A stretch of DNA of 59,843 nucleotides, the filler included, from Basidioascus undulatus (Eukaryota): the NCBI GenBank assembly GCA_000826855.1. It is 7 parts of 7 records of this genome, joined end to end, with 100 filler letters (N's around TTAATTAATTAA, not from the genome) between each part and the next. Parts side by side here need not be neighbours in the genome. Positions count along the whole stretch, not along the records: positions 1 to 26,295 come from JTLS01000192.1; 6 more parts are not named here. The stretch is one strand, 5' to 3'. This document shows positions 1-12,715 of this stretch, piece by piece; the first letter of the stretch is position 1, and each line of letters starts with the position of its first letter. A program made the position numbers and the translations under genes. The notes under the pieces are model-generated. The model was given only the letters and a program-made list of their open reading frames with translations, had not been told where the DNA came from and did not search any database.

Positions 1-833
1 GCTCGTCCTCCCCCTATGTACCGTCTCCCCCACCCGCGCCCGCCGTGCCCGCGCCGGCGCTGAACGGCACCAAACCCTTCCCTGTCCCGGCGCCGCCCGT
101 TGAGGATCTCGAGGCGCTGTCGGTCAGTGACAAGGCTGCGAACCGGCAGTCGGTCGACTGGGTGGGCGGGCTGGCCGCGGACGGCGGCTTGCCGTCGCCG
201 TCGCTCCCGCCCACGAGTGAGGAGCCGGAGGAGCCTGAGTCCGCTGTGCCGGAGCCTGAGACGCCCAGCATCAGGGTGGCAGAGCCCGAGGCTGCGGAGC
301 CGGCGATTGCTAGCGATGCGCTGGATGACATTGACCACGAAACGAGTACGTCCGGCGCTGCTCTTATGACAATGACTTGCCTCATTTTCGACTCACCGGC
401 CGTCTCTTGTACAGTCACTCGCGTGCGGGCACTGTTCGCATACCAGGGCCAACGAGCTGAGGATGTCTGTACGTCTTGACCTGTCGGCATTCTCTTGAAG
501 TTCAACTCGCTAACCCTTTCATATACAGCGTTCGCCGAGAATGTCATCATCAACGCTCATCCTGCCAAAGACGCGTCCTCGCCGTGGTGGTTCGGCACGG
601 TCGTCAAGACTACCGAGGCTGGTTACTTCCCGAAGGACTACGTGGCGCCTATCGACGATGTAGTGCAAGCGAAGGTCCTGTACGACTATGAGGCGGCGAG
701 CCCGGAGGAGCTCTCGCTATCGGCGGACGCGATCTTGACGATCGTCGACCGGTCGGATGACAACTGGTGGAAGGCCGAGCAGAGCGACGTTGTCCTGAAC
801 GTCCCTGCTGCTTACGTAGAGATTATCGGTTAG
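1..833 (+). CDS. 3' part of intersectin/Cin1-like endocytic scaffold (Pro-rich linker plus two SH3 domains); 5' end outside window, spliced
   Basis: Spliced exons give SH3 #1 (RVRALFAYQGQRAED.SFAENVII...WWFG...GYFPKDYV) and SH3 #2 (AKVLYDYEAASPEELSL...DDNWWK...NVPAAYVEIIG*). GT-AG introns lie at about 346-413 and 469-528. A DH-PH region follows immediately. Confidence 0.8.
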
Positions 834-963
834 TCCTGTTCAGCCTTTTCCTGTTCCTTCCTTTGCGCGTCTTCCCGCCTGTCGGCCCTGGTCTCACTCT
901 TTTCTGTCCGTATCGCGGGCTGCAGGCTGAAACGTTCTTTTCCCTCCTTCCCCGTTTTCTTGT

Positions 964-3585
964 ATGCTCTCGTTTGCCAAAATGCCATGGCCGTTCATCG
1001 ACAACCACGGTGCTCGTTCCTTTTCATATTCTACCTGGCTGCTTCCGCACAATCAAGAGAATGCGCTGACGGCGGCAAGCGGCGGTTCGCCCAAGCCTAC
1101 GCCCGAGATGAAACTGTCTGATGCTCCCGCTTTGGCGCCGGTACCGACACAACCCTCCCCTCCCGCATCACCTTCGACCCTGCTGCCGCCAACAGATCGC
1201 CCTCGGCGGGCTCGAGCGTTCTCCGCGGCTTCGACCGGGGCCGCCAGCTTCGTCACCGATGACACGTCGTCCACGTTTTCTTCGTCGAACGAGGAGGAAG
1301 ACGACGAGATGCCGACGACAGCAGACGGCAATGCATTCGAAGCTGCGAAGCGTGCCGAGCGGGAAAAGCGCGAGCACGAGCGCCAGCGCGTGCTCCAGGC
1401 CGCGGGTCTCATCCTCAAGCAGGAAGCGGGTGCGCGGCCGTCGCCTCGAAGGCGTCGCCCCGCGCCTGAAGCGCCCGTCCGCGAGAAGCCGACGCGCAAG
1501 GATGCGCGGCCGTTGCCCCCGGTGCCATCAGAGGAGGACGAGGCGGAGCGCAGGCGGGAGTCGGTGCTGCTCCTGCCGGACGCGTACGACCTGTACGAGA
1601 CGTTCTTGCGGGCGTCGAAGAAGCCTCCGGCACCGCCTGTTACTAGCCCGGCACCTCCCGCTGCAGGGCCTTTTTCCATCGGTCCCACGCTTACCGCTCC
1701 TCGCCCGCCCCTGTCCCCGACACTGTCAGAGAGCGGGGACGGCCGTTCGCTCGGTTCGACGCTGCTCGGTGGCATCATCGGGCGCATCAAGTCCTCGCCT
1801 GCTCCTCCTGAGCGTCGACCGACTCCGAGCGGTCTGATCAGCGGGCCCATTAGCGGGCCCATCGGCAGCCCGACGTCGAGGCAGGACAATGCGTGCAAAA
1901 ACGTGCGTGACTTTCGTCTTGCAACTCAGCCCTGACCAGATCGAGGCCACTCCGGAGGGTACTGACTCTGGATGCACGCAGTCTTGGTCGAGCATGATCG
2001 AGGCGTCCGCCCTGGAGTCGATGTCGTCGCAGGAACGCAAGCGCCAGGAAGCGCTGTTCGAGTTCATCGCGACCGAGGCTTCGTACGTGCGAGATCTGCA
2101 GCTCATCGTCGAGGTGCGTCTTTGCAACTTCATGTACTTCCCATGAAGCTCGCCGCTCAAGGTCGCGGTCGTGCAGGTGTTCTACGCAAGCTTGCTCGAC
2201 CTCCTGGACGAGAAGGCTGCGGTCGTCATCTTTGCGAATGTCGAGGACATCCTCCTGTGCAACACGGCCTTCCTTTCCGACCTCGAGGAGCGCCAGCGCC
2301 AGTCTCGACTGTACATTTCGACGATTGGCGACTTGTTGCTGAAGGTAGGGGATGTGCCACTCTAGGTCGTCCGACGGCGGAGTGGATGCTGACTAGGAGA
2401 GGAACAGCATATCCCGAACACGGCGTGCTATCTGCCGTACTGCGTGAACCAGCACAACGGCCAGCGCATCCTGCAGTCGTTGCGCGAGTCAGACGAGCAG
2501 CTCGCAGCGCGCCTTGAGGTGCGTACTTTCGCGACGGTAGTTGACGATGCTGGCGCTGACCTGGCTCACAGGCGCTGCGCAACGATCCGGCTGTGCGCAA
2601 CCTTGACCTCTCGAGCTACTTGCTTATCCCGAGTTCGTCCACGGAGACCTCTACATGCGAATGCCCGCAGCTGACAGCCGGATGGTCTGCCCAGTGCAAC
2701 GCATGACTCGCTACCCGCTGCTGATCCGCCAAGTTCGTGTCGTACTCTAGCCGACTGCCAGTCCAACTGGATCTCAACTGACTGGCTATCCGCAGATCCT
2801 GCACTACACCAACGCCGAGTCCGAGGATAGCTCCGACTCTGTCAAGGACCGCGAGCGGGTGGAAGCCGCGCTCGGCTCAGCCGAGGCGATCCTGACGCAG
2901 ATAAACGAGTCGGTCCGCGAGAGAGAGTCGGAGGAGCGCCTCGCGAGCATGTCCAAGGACCTCTGGGTCGGACAGGGGCGGCTCGACCTCACACAGCCGA
3001 CGCGGTTCATGGGCCGCCGCATACTCCTGAAGGAGGGGGCGCTCGTCAAGGCCAAGTCGGGACGCAGACTGCAGGGTGCGTAGAGCTCGTTTATTGCTGA
3101 GGGCTTTTCGCGCTTCGACAATTGACGATGGGAATATGGGGTAGTCTTCCTCTGCAACGATATTCTCGTGTTCACCGAGTACGCTGAGCGCTCGCTCTAC
3201 CGCATGGTACGCTCTGATCCACGACGCGCTTCGAGCGTCGCTGACAGCGATCCCTGCAGCCCATCTCCCTCGGAGACCTCACGGTCCGCGAAGTCGGTGG
3301 TCGACGCGGTGCGCCTTCGTTCTCCGGATACGCTCATCTTTGCTTGTCGCCGTTCACTGCTTACGCAACGTGAGGAGGACAGACGACCTCGCGTTCCAGA
3401 TTGCGCTCGCGTACCCGCGCGGCGGGGACAAGATCAACGTTCGCGCGGCGTCCGCGCACGAGTGCCATCAATGGATGTCGGAGATCGAGCGCGCGAAGCA
3501 GCGCTTCGTCGAGGCCGAGGCGGCGTTGAGGGACCGCAGGCATTCACGAGCACGTGCGTTCGAGGCGGGGGGACGTTTTGTATGA
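964..3585 (+). CDS. RhoGEF (DH) plus PH domain region; probably the long-isoform half of the intersectin-like gene, multi-exon
   Basis: DH motifs ERKRQEALFEFIATEASYVRDLQLIVE, IFANVEDILLCN, YLPYCVNQ, LLIPMQRMTRYPLLIRQIL and QINESVRERE. PH motifs RRILLKEGALVKAKSGRRL, FLCNDILVF and INVRAASAHECHQWMSEIERA. True start uncertain. Confidence 0.88.
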
Positions 3586-4290
3586 TGCTATGCGCGTACA
3601 ATGCTTACTGGCGTGGGGGATGCGGTGCTGCAGAGTCGACGATGAGCCGGGGCAGTGGCGGTGGAAGGCGGTAGACGTGGAGAAGGAGAGGGCGTGGACA
3701 CTCGATTCAACATTCTTAGGGACACTTCTTTCTTTTCTTGTAACTCATGATGCTTTCATTTCGTATTAACGATACACATCATCCTTCTCTTGCAAGGTGC
3801 TCAAAAGATCAGGAGCTGGATAGAAAGTTATAGCTGCAGCGTCCTTTCAGAATGCTGTGTCCTGAGCTGCCGCTTGTGCGACTCACGTGTAGGCTTATCG
3901 GAGAGCGGACTCGTAGGCATATTGACGCAGGTAGTCATAACTGTTTGTTGGAAATTCATTGCCGCGGGGATGAGAGTGGCTCTGAGTCAACAACAATGAT
4001 ATTCACAGCGTCGCACAGCTGTGGCTGCCGACTACCAAGGAATGAAAGTCAGGCGACAACGATGAGATGCGGCACAACTCAAAAATCTGGTCCTTTTTAA
4101 AAATCTTGCAAGAGCTGGTCGATCTTGCAGTGCTCTTGCAGTGCTGTCGTGCGGGGCCGTGCGTAATTGGGTGAGCGATGCAGCGGTCGGTTCTGATCAA
4201 GCCCCTTTCCTTCCCTTTCTGAGGGCCCAAGGTAATCAGCTCTTGTTCTCTTGCTCGTTTTATACTCCCACCATCAGCACACTCCTCGAT

Positions 4291-5339
4291 ATGTTTCGCT
4301 CCATCGCGCGTCTGTCAGTTCCTCGCTTAGCCGTTCCAACGAGCGTTCACCTCGGGACGACAGCCTCCCGTCTCAGGAGTCAGTTGGTCGCAGTTGCATC
4401 CTCACGTCACTGCACCCTCTCTTATCTTCCTTCCGCCGGAAACTCTGCGCAGATACGCCACGACATGGGGCCCTCTTGCGCATATTAATGAGACCCGACC
4501 TAACCACGCTTTGCGGCGAGTTCTGCGAAACCACCCGCGATGCCATCTTCGACCGTCTGGAGACGATCGTCGCCTATCCGTCGCTTGGCGCTACGATCAT
4601 GACGCTGGGCATCCTCGGTACCTGCAACTTCTCTGATAATCGGGCGGTTTTGGTTCCAGTGCATTATACCGACAAGCCCGGGAACGTCCTTTGCTGGAGT
4701 CTGTCGGTGTCGCAGGAATATAAGGATTTGCATGGTCGTCTCCTGGAGGCGGTCAAGTCCACGCCCAACCTCCGCGCTCTTCTCAAAAGATCTTTTCGGC
4801 TTTCCGCTTGACACTCAATTAGTCTCGGCACTCGCCTCTCGCACACAGCTCGAGACGCTCCGCACGTCTGCCGACTCGCTCTGCCACGCTTCAGCCCCCA
4901 TCGGCCTCCCCTCCCTCAAAGAGCTCGCCCTTTTCGACCTTCCCTTCGACGAACGACACAACCCCGCATCAGGCGAGACGGGCAGCTTTAGCGCGGCACT
5001 GGGGCGCGTATCTAGCCTCCGAGGGGAACCATCTCGAGCGACTGCGAATGTCCCTGAAGGTCGAGCCTCGGACGCGCAGCTAGGAGACCGATCCAGCGGC
5101 CGTTGCCGTTGAGGCGGTCCGACCCATCCTCGAGCACATCGCGCCACATCACGACTTGCCCGCCCTGCATGAGCTCGTTCTCAAGATCGATACCGACTAC
5201 GAGAGCGACGTCTGGTATGAGAACAAGAGGAGGGCCGCGGAGCTGCCGGAAGGGTTTGGGTTGGAGCGATGTTAAGGGGTTGTGGTGGAAAGAACGGGGA
5301 GAGGACTTTGAGGAGTTGGAGGCCTGGTTGCGGGGGTGA
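4291..5339 (+). pseudogene. Frameshifted F-box/LRR(RNI)-like hypothetical gene remnant
   Basis: Overlapping ORFs in successive frames carry LRR-like segments (TPNLRALL, TQLETLRT, LPSLKELALF, LPALHELVLK). No clear introns explain the frame changes. Confidence 0.35.
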
Positions 5340-5611
5340 TTTTCGGGGGAAGGTTGGAATGTTGAAGTCGCAGAAGGCACGGTGGAGTTCCGGAAGGTCT
5401 AATATACCACTTCTGAAGCCAGTTGCAATTGGTGGGTGGCCAACGAATAATTTGGCGCCTGGGGCGCATACTGCCCATACGATCGCGTCCTCGACGCGAT
5501 CGTTGGTCTGCCTTACCCCCTCATTTTCCAACCTTCAGCCTGCTCAGCGCTCGCCCAAACCCAATACGATACGCTTTTCCAACATCCTCGTCCGTTCCAG
5601 TGCGACTCGCA

Positions 5612-7494
5612 ATGGCCCGATCTTCGTCCTCGTCCCTATCTCCGCCCCCTTCACCGCCGCCGCCCGCAGCAGCGACAACGACACCCACGACGCGCCTGCG
5701 AGCCCGCAAGTCGTCGACTGACGCACGTGTGACACTCTACTCCCTCCCGTCGACCACTGCGTCTGCGTCCGAATCACCGAAGCCAGCCGCGACGCCGCGG
5801 AAGCGCAAGGCCGCGGCGAGCAAGGCGGAGGGCAAGGATGGGAAGGGGAAGGGGAAGGCAAGGGCGGTGAAGGAGGGGACGCCGATGAAGCAGAAGCCTA
5901 TACAGAAGGAGTTGGCGGTCGCGCACCCTGCGCCTGAGAATTGGGAAGAGGTGTGTCCCTCACCCTCCTGTGTCCAAGTGGAAGAGGCGGCTTCCTCACT
6001 TGGTGGGCTATAACAGGTTTACGAGCTCATCCAGCGCATGCGCGCGGAAGCGGGGCCTGCTCCCGTGGATACGCTCGGGTGCGAGAGGGTGCCGACGGGG
6101 GAGCTGAGCGAGCGTGTGAGGAGCCTACGTATACCTTCCGTCGGGCTGCATGCTGAAACACCCACGCGACAGACCAAGCGCTTCCAGATTCTCGTCTCCC
6201 TCATGCTCTCATCCCAGACGAAAGGTGCTCTGACTACCACAAATCCTCTTCCGGTGCGCCGCTTATCCTCGAAGTTGTGAAAACACAGACCCCGTCACCT
6301 CCGAAGCAGTCGACAACCTCCGGCGCGTCCTGCCCGGCGGTCTCACGCTCGAGTCCATTCTCGCGGCATCCGAAAAGACGATCCGTGCGTCCCCCAACCC
6401 CCCTAGCCGCTGCCTTACCATTCACTTATCCAACGCATCCGGGGCCGAGCAGAAGAAGCCATCTGTAAAGTCGGTTTCTGGCGCCGGAAAAGCGAGTTGC
6501 GTCTCGTTCATCTCTCTTTAGATCTCCTCGCCCTTTCGTTTCGATCGTGCATTGGCATGAGCGCTGATCTCGACGGTGTTGCGCAGGTACCTCAAGAAAG
6601 CTGCTGAGAAGCTACGGGACGACTTTGGGGGCGACCTGCCGAAGGACATTGACGAGCTGTGCTCGTTGCCGGGCGTCGGGTGCGTCCATCTACCAGCTTC
6701 AACGTTCACATACCCTTTTGTCTTACTCGCACAGCCTCGTATGGCATGGGGCAGGCCCAAGATGGGGTACTTGGCGCTCCAGGCGGGGTGGAACATGTGA
6801 GGCGCCCTCAAGTTGTGAGATCCCGTGCTGAGGGCTCACTCAGTGAGCCTCCAGAAACGCTGGAATCGGCGTCGATGTCCATGTCCATCGGATCACGAAC
6901 CGCCTGGGGTGGCACGAGAAGGCGACGACGCAGCCGGAGCAGACGCGGTGCGTGGGCTCTACGCTGCGAGGTTCCCGGGTTGGTGGGGACGAACTGACCC
7001 GGCCTAAACGCGTGGATTATCATGGGTTACGGGCGACAGATTGAATCTGCAATCGTGGCTGCCTAAGCCGCTGCACCGGGAGATCAACAAGGTGCTCGTC
7101 GGTTTCGGGCAGGTGCGCTTCGATTGAGTCTCCTCATGGTCCCCACTCTCAATGCTTCGATTGACCCGCCCTCCAAATCCCCATCTTCCATCAGCTCATC
7201 TGCCTCCCCGTCGGACCCAAATGCGACGAGTGCCTCCTCTCCGCGCAGGGGCTCTGCCCCTCCGCGCGCGTAGTCTCGCCGAAGAAGCGGCGCAAGGTGG
7301 GGGAGAAGGGTGGGGTGGAGGGCAAGGAGAAGGAGAAGGAGAAGGTCGGGGAGGCACTCGTTGGGGTGGAGGTCGTTGTTGAGGGTGAGGCGGTGAAGAA
7401 AGAAGCGGAGGAAGAGGATGTATCGGGGTTGGGGGAGGCTGTGGAGGGCCTGCTGGAGCAGGTGAAGGACGAGGGGAAGCGGTTGGATTGGTAG
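5612..7494 (+). CDS. NTH1: Endonuclease III-like DNA glycosylase/AP lyase (HhH-GPD family), multi-exon
   Basis: Motifs [31 protein letters not shown], Hh[53 protein letters not shown], and Fe-S motif [21 protein letters not shown]. Confidence 0.93.
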
Positions 7495-7777
7495 ATCCGC
7501 GTGTGAAACATACAGCAGCAGCGATGATGCTGTGAAGTGGCCTGTGAGAGAGCTTGTTCATTGTTGGGGGATGTGTCGCGCTGGGCTCGTATTTCCGGCG
7601 CATCTTGGACAAGCCAGCCCTGGGGCGCTGTTTTTAATCTCAGAGACTGCACTCGTGTTACAGGTAGATCAGGCTCTCAAGAAAATGTGCAGTCCATTTC
7701 ATCGTTAGTCCCAAGTAACACAGAAGATGCGATCGCAGCGCCAGTCCAGTCCTTTCACTTCGTCGAAGTCCTTTCAA

Positions 7778-9239
7778 TCACGCCTCCCGCCCGTTGGTGT
7801 CGTTCGCGCCCACCTTCTTGGCTTCCTTGGTCTTGTCCTTGGGCGGGAGCGCGGGGATCTCGAGTTGGGAAGCTGCGGCGCGGAAGGACCCACCCATGCG
7901 GACGACGTGCATCGCTGGCTCGTCCGGGCTGCGCGCGAGGAGCGCGAGGAGGTCAGGGCGCGAGTAGTGCCCGACCTGTGAAGAGGAAAAGCAGCAATAA
8001 AGTGAGCGTGGGTGAAATTACGTCGGCTCTCACGAGGCCGGAAAGGCACGTACAGGGTCGCACATCATCTTTGCAGCGTCAATCGCCTTGAGGTCGATGT
8101 CCTGGTACAGAATGACTTCCTCGCCAGGTTTGGTGGGCGGAGTCAACTGCCTGCCATCAGGACCGAAGATAGCTGCGAAGCCGCCGCTGGCCTGTACAGA
8201 GCAAAGTCAAATTGGTCAGCGAGCTCCCACGCAAGGTTCAAAGCGTCCCACAGTCACTCACTCCCTCCAGTTCAGCAAGAGGCGTCCCTGCAAGGCCCAT
8301 CTTCTCCGCGCCCGCCTTGCTCATGACCTGCGTCGAGCAAACGACGAAGCACTGCCCCTCGGTCGCCATGAACTGCGTCGTGCGCTGGTTCGACTCGGCC
8401 GAGTCGTGGTACGCCATCGAGCGCTCGGGCGCGAACATCGGTGGCCAGGCAGCGACATGGATCTGGGTGTTCTGAGAGTAGGTGTGGTAGCGCAGGAGCG
8501 GCTGGAGATGTTCCCAGCTGGATGCCAGAGACGATGCGGGATGCAACGAGTCAGCGAAGCAAGGACTGTGAGAGAGATGAAAGTCCGCACCAGTTGAGAG
8601 CGCTGATCCTGCCGAAGGGGGTCTGAACAACGTTCCGCAGGCTTTCAGCCTGTCCATCGCCCCAGACTGCGCGCTCAGCGCCGGTGGGCTTCTAGAGGGA
8701 GAACGCAGCGGGGAGAAGAAGGTCAATAGTGTTCTTCCTCTCCGCGCGTCTGACAGCTTACGATCTTCCGGCGGTGCAGTACAATGTCGCCTTCCGGGTT
8801 GATAATGACCTGGGCCATGTACAACGACGCGCTCTCGACGCGCTCGGAGAACCCGAGTACGACCCAGATGCCGGCGTTGCGAGCGGCGATGCGGATCTGC
8901 GCCATCTGGGGCGAGTCGACCGCCATCGAGTTGGCGCGGTAGGCGGTCATCACGGGCGCTGCCTCGAGGGTGCTCTTGGCCCACATGCACCACGGATAGC
9001 CGGGACTGCGGGAAGCGGGCAGCGAGAGAACGTCAGTTTCTGTGGACGCCTTGCGTCCGTCTCGCTCAGGCATCCCAGCTGTGCACTTACATCCAGACTT
9101 CGGGGAAGGCGACAAGATCCGCACCGCCATTTTTGGCCTCAGCAATCAACGCGCAAGTCTTATCCACACCGGCTTGCAGGTCGAGCCATGCTGGCTCGGC
9201 CTGAACAGCGGCGACACGGGAAACAGTAGTAGTAGCCAT
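7778..9239 (-). CDS. Nitrilase (carbon-nitrogen hydrolase, branch 1), multi-exon
   Basis: N-terminus [21 protein letters not shown]. Catalytic Glu in VAFPEVW.PGYP, Lys in LHRRKI, Cys motif (C)[10 protein letters not shown]. Also QIHVAAWP and the C-terminal [10 protein letters not shown]. Confidence 0.92.
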
Positions 9240-9734
9240 GAGGATGAGTGTGCAGATATGGAAGTGTGGATGATGGGACTGAAGACCTTCTTGGTGGATT
9301 TATGTACCTCGCCGAATATCTGAGATACCATGCAGGCAAGATAACCGTGTCCCGAGCGCGTGCGTATCGGCTCCCCCGGCACCCAGTCAGTCACACTGCC
9401 CTATCGCGCCTCCACCGATACCGTACTGGCCAATTGCAGCGGCAGGCTGAACCGTAACAGTTGTTTGCAGTTGCGCAGCAAGCAGATAAGGTATTGACAA
9501 TACGTCTGCAGCCAGTACCGTGCTCCCGCAACAAGATGCCTAGAGTGAGCCTCTCTTGGTTTGTGGTGAAAGTTTCCAGACATGGTTACCTTGGCACCCT
9601 GGGTGATACATCCCGCGTGTCAAGAACATTAAAGTCACCGGACATCAAAGCGGTCATGGGATGTCCAATCCTTGGTGGAATGGTCAGTCAAGTCCCAGGA
9701 CTCCAAAGCGTCGCTGAGCAGTGAGTTGCACCTT

Positions 9735-10640
9735 ATGAAGCCTTACCTTCATGCCTTGAGATTGAGTGAAGGAACTCTGCTCTACGCAGCTACCCTGCGC
9801 CGCTCACCAGGCACCCTTGCTGCCGCTTCACGCAGCTCCGCCACTCTTGACCATTGGACCGGTGTAGTTGGGACCTGGCATCGAAGTGAAGGACTTGAAC
9901 ATCTTAACCTGTCCTTCTATTTGAATGATGCCGGGCCAGTCGAGCACGGCAGCCTCGTGCTTGACCACGTTTGCCAGCTCGTGCAGCGCAACGCTTTGAC
10001 TTTTGAGGTACCCGAGCGTTAAGGCGGCTGGTCTGAGTCACAAGTACTCCCCCTGGGTCGATATACCGTCGGCTTGTCACACCGGATTTCCAGCACCTCA
10101 ACAATCTAGAATTTTCCGACAACTGTTTTGTTCCCCTTGTGCCTCCGCTGGCGATTGGGGACTCCGAGCCGCCCGCTTTCTCGTCTCTTCGGTCACTCAA
10201 GTTCTATGCCGCCAACTTGAAGTCTTCAAAGGGCATATTCCGGCTTATAGACTGCTTGACGGAGCTGAATGCCGAGTGCAAGGATGTCCCCCTCTTACTT
10301 CGCAAAATCAATGACTTTCCGCAGCCCGCCACACTGCGCAACCTGATTCTGATGACCGCCTCATTGTCCGCGAGCTCGACGCTGTCTTGAGGACCCTGCC
10401 TTGGCTCGAAAAGTTTTCATTCTAGAACAGAGGTGAACCTCTGGAATGGATTGTGAGCTCGCCTACCTTTCCTGTCTCGCCACTACATCGCAGAGCGTCT
10501 TGCGCTGATGTATATGCACCGTGGACTCGGACGAAGCTGAGGCCGCCTTTCTCGAGGGGGGCCAGGCGGTGCGCATGGTTGTGGTTCAGAAGCTGGCTCG
10601 CAGGCTTCCGCTGCTCCGCTCGTTGAAGTGGAATTTTTTG
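9735..10640 (+). pseudogene. Degenerate LRR(RNI)-like hypothetical gene
   Basis: Broken ORFs with LRR-like pieces (GLEHLNLSFY, FSSLRSLKFY, ATLRNLIL), interrupted by stops and frameshifts. Confidence 0.3.
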
Positions 10641-12715
10641 TCTCTTATGCAGCTACAATGTCTCCCATTCGTATTCTAAATCCGGGCGGGCGCGGTCACG
10701 GGGGCGAGCGTTGTGCTTTCCCGAGTACACGCCGATTCGGGTCGATCCCGGGCGCGGGGCCCGAAATCCCTCGAAGTGCTGAGAAATGATGGATAAGCTA
10801 TGACGCACAGTCACAACGGTCTTGAAAAAAAGACTTACACTCTGTCGTAAGCTTTGTGACCCGGCACTGTCTTTGGCAGCCGAGTGAGGTTGCGTGCCTG
10901 CTTATGGGTTTTGCGCTCCTCTCGCCTGAGAGGGAGCGTGTGCCTGTGAGAATAAAGCGAGCAAAAGGTAAATGTCAGAGAAGATGCCGATTCCTTCAGG
11001 TACGATAAAGGAAGGAATATGCCCACATTTGTTAGAGATGCATGCATAGATCGAGTATGGTCACGCCGGTGCAGTTCTCAACGTTGCTGGACCAGCGAGC
11101 ACCGATTTCGTTACATTCGACGACGATCTCTAACTCTTTGGTGGGTGAAGAAGTAACGAAGGCGAAAGCTGTTGAGGCACTAACATACGCTCCCATCTTA
11201 GTCATTTCAACGAAGAATGAAATACAACTTTCAAAACAACACGCACTGGGGCTGGGGGTCCCGAGGTCGGTGGTGATGAGATGGTAACCGACGAGGCTCC
11301 ACCAGCAGATTTTTCGTTCCTATCGTCATGTCATCCTAGTCACGGTACTCGATTCAGCATCAGCAGCTTAGCTGCTGATTTTCAACAGGGCAGGTTGAGC
11401 CCCAGCTCACACCTCCATGTCCAGGTGAAGTGGACTTGGGAGGGTGTGCGACTTCAAAGATATTGTATCCAAGTTTTGGGAGCTCAGTTCCTATGCAGAC
11501 CGCAGTTGATTGTGGGCGGTGTCGATACTCGCTGTCTGTAGAATGACCATTCTGCGTCGGGTAAAGGTCTTGCTCGTCAAGATGCTCTGATCTACTTCTA
11601 CGTAGAACTGTTATAATTTCCTTCCTTTAATCTTTGAGCTTTAGGATTGAGACTAATTGGGCACAAGAAAGTGACACAGAGAGACAAACGCATGTTCATT
11701 TTCAAGTCAAGGTACCCCCAGGCGAAGGATAAGTGAGGTCTTTACTTAGCGCCACTTCCGGTCCAGGAGATGTGGTTTCTGGAAGGGTAATTCTCTATTT
11801 TATTTTGAATATGCTACTACAACATTTGTAGCTTAAGCTTTCGCGTTCAAGACATTTGCACCTGGCGCCGCGCTAGGAGCATCAAAGCCTGTGTTGACTT
11901 CAGCTCGGCGGGCCTCGTATCTTCGAGCCTTCCAAACTTATTATCTTTGAACTAGATCGCCTATGATCTTCCTTGGAACTGCGACGCTAGCAAGGAACGT
12001 ACGACACTGGTTGCCAGGCGACAGGGTGTCAGCCTGCCGGCGCAATCACTTCCACATCCTACACGTACACTGTTCCAGCGCTCGAGATAGTGCAAATAGT
12101 TTGTCATGAGGATAAGGCTCTCAGAAGAAGCATGATCAGTACCCTCCCTGCGAGAATTCCTGTGCACGTTGTTTCATATGAGTACCCCTTGCTTTCGATG
12201 TTCGGTTCAGAAGTGTACTCGCGCATAGGGGTTCATCAAGGTCATGATTCTTCTACTTGACAGCCGTATCTGCCATTCAAGCCGCCGGATCTACGTGGCA
12301 TCTATGAAGAAGAGGTCGAGCAGGATCGAGCGCTGTCGGCGTTGGTCGACGGCCTCCTCAAAGCTCTGCCCGTCTTTCCAGGTGCATCGCGGACACGTTT
12401 CACCGAATATTTCACCGAATTCTCGCACGAACTCGAAGCTTTTTTAACAGCAATTCACACAATAGTAATAAGATACCCTCCACAGCGCCCACCCGCGGTG
12501 CCTCGGTCTATAATTATGAACGACATGCCTCGGCACAGAGGCGGCTCTGTCCGCAGTTCAGTTCGACGAAGCTGCGCTTCCAGGCACGCGCCTCGTCCGT
12601 GTTCCTCGTTCCTCTTTGCCGATTCACCAACACCTTTTCCAACCTCTTCACCACGATTTTAAGCTCTCTTCTATCACGCATTCGTGGAGCTGATACCCCT
12701 TTCTCCTTCGTTTCA

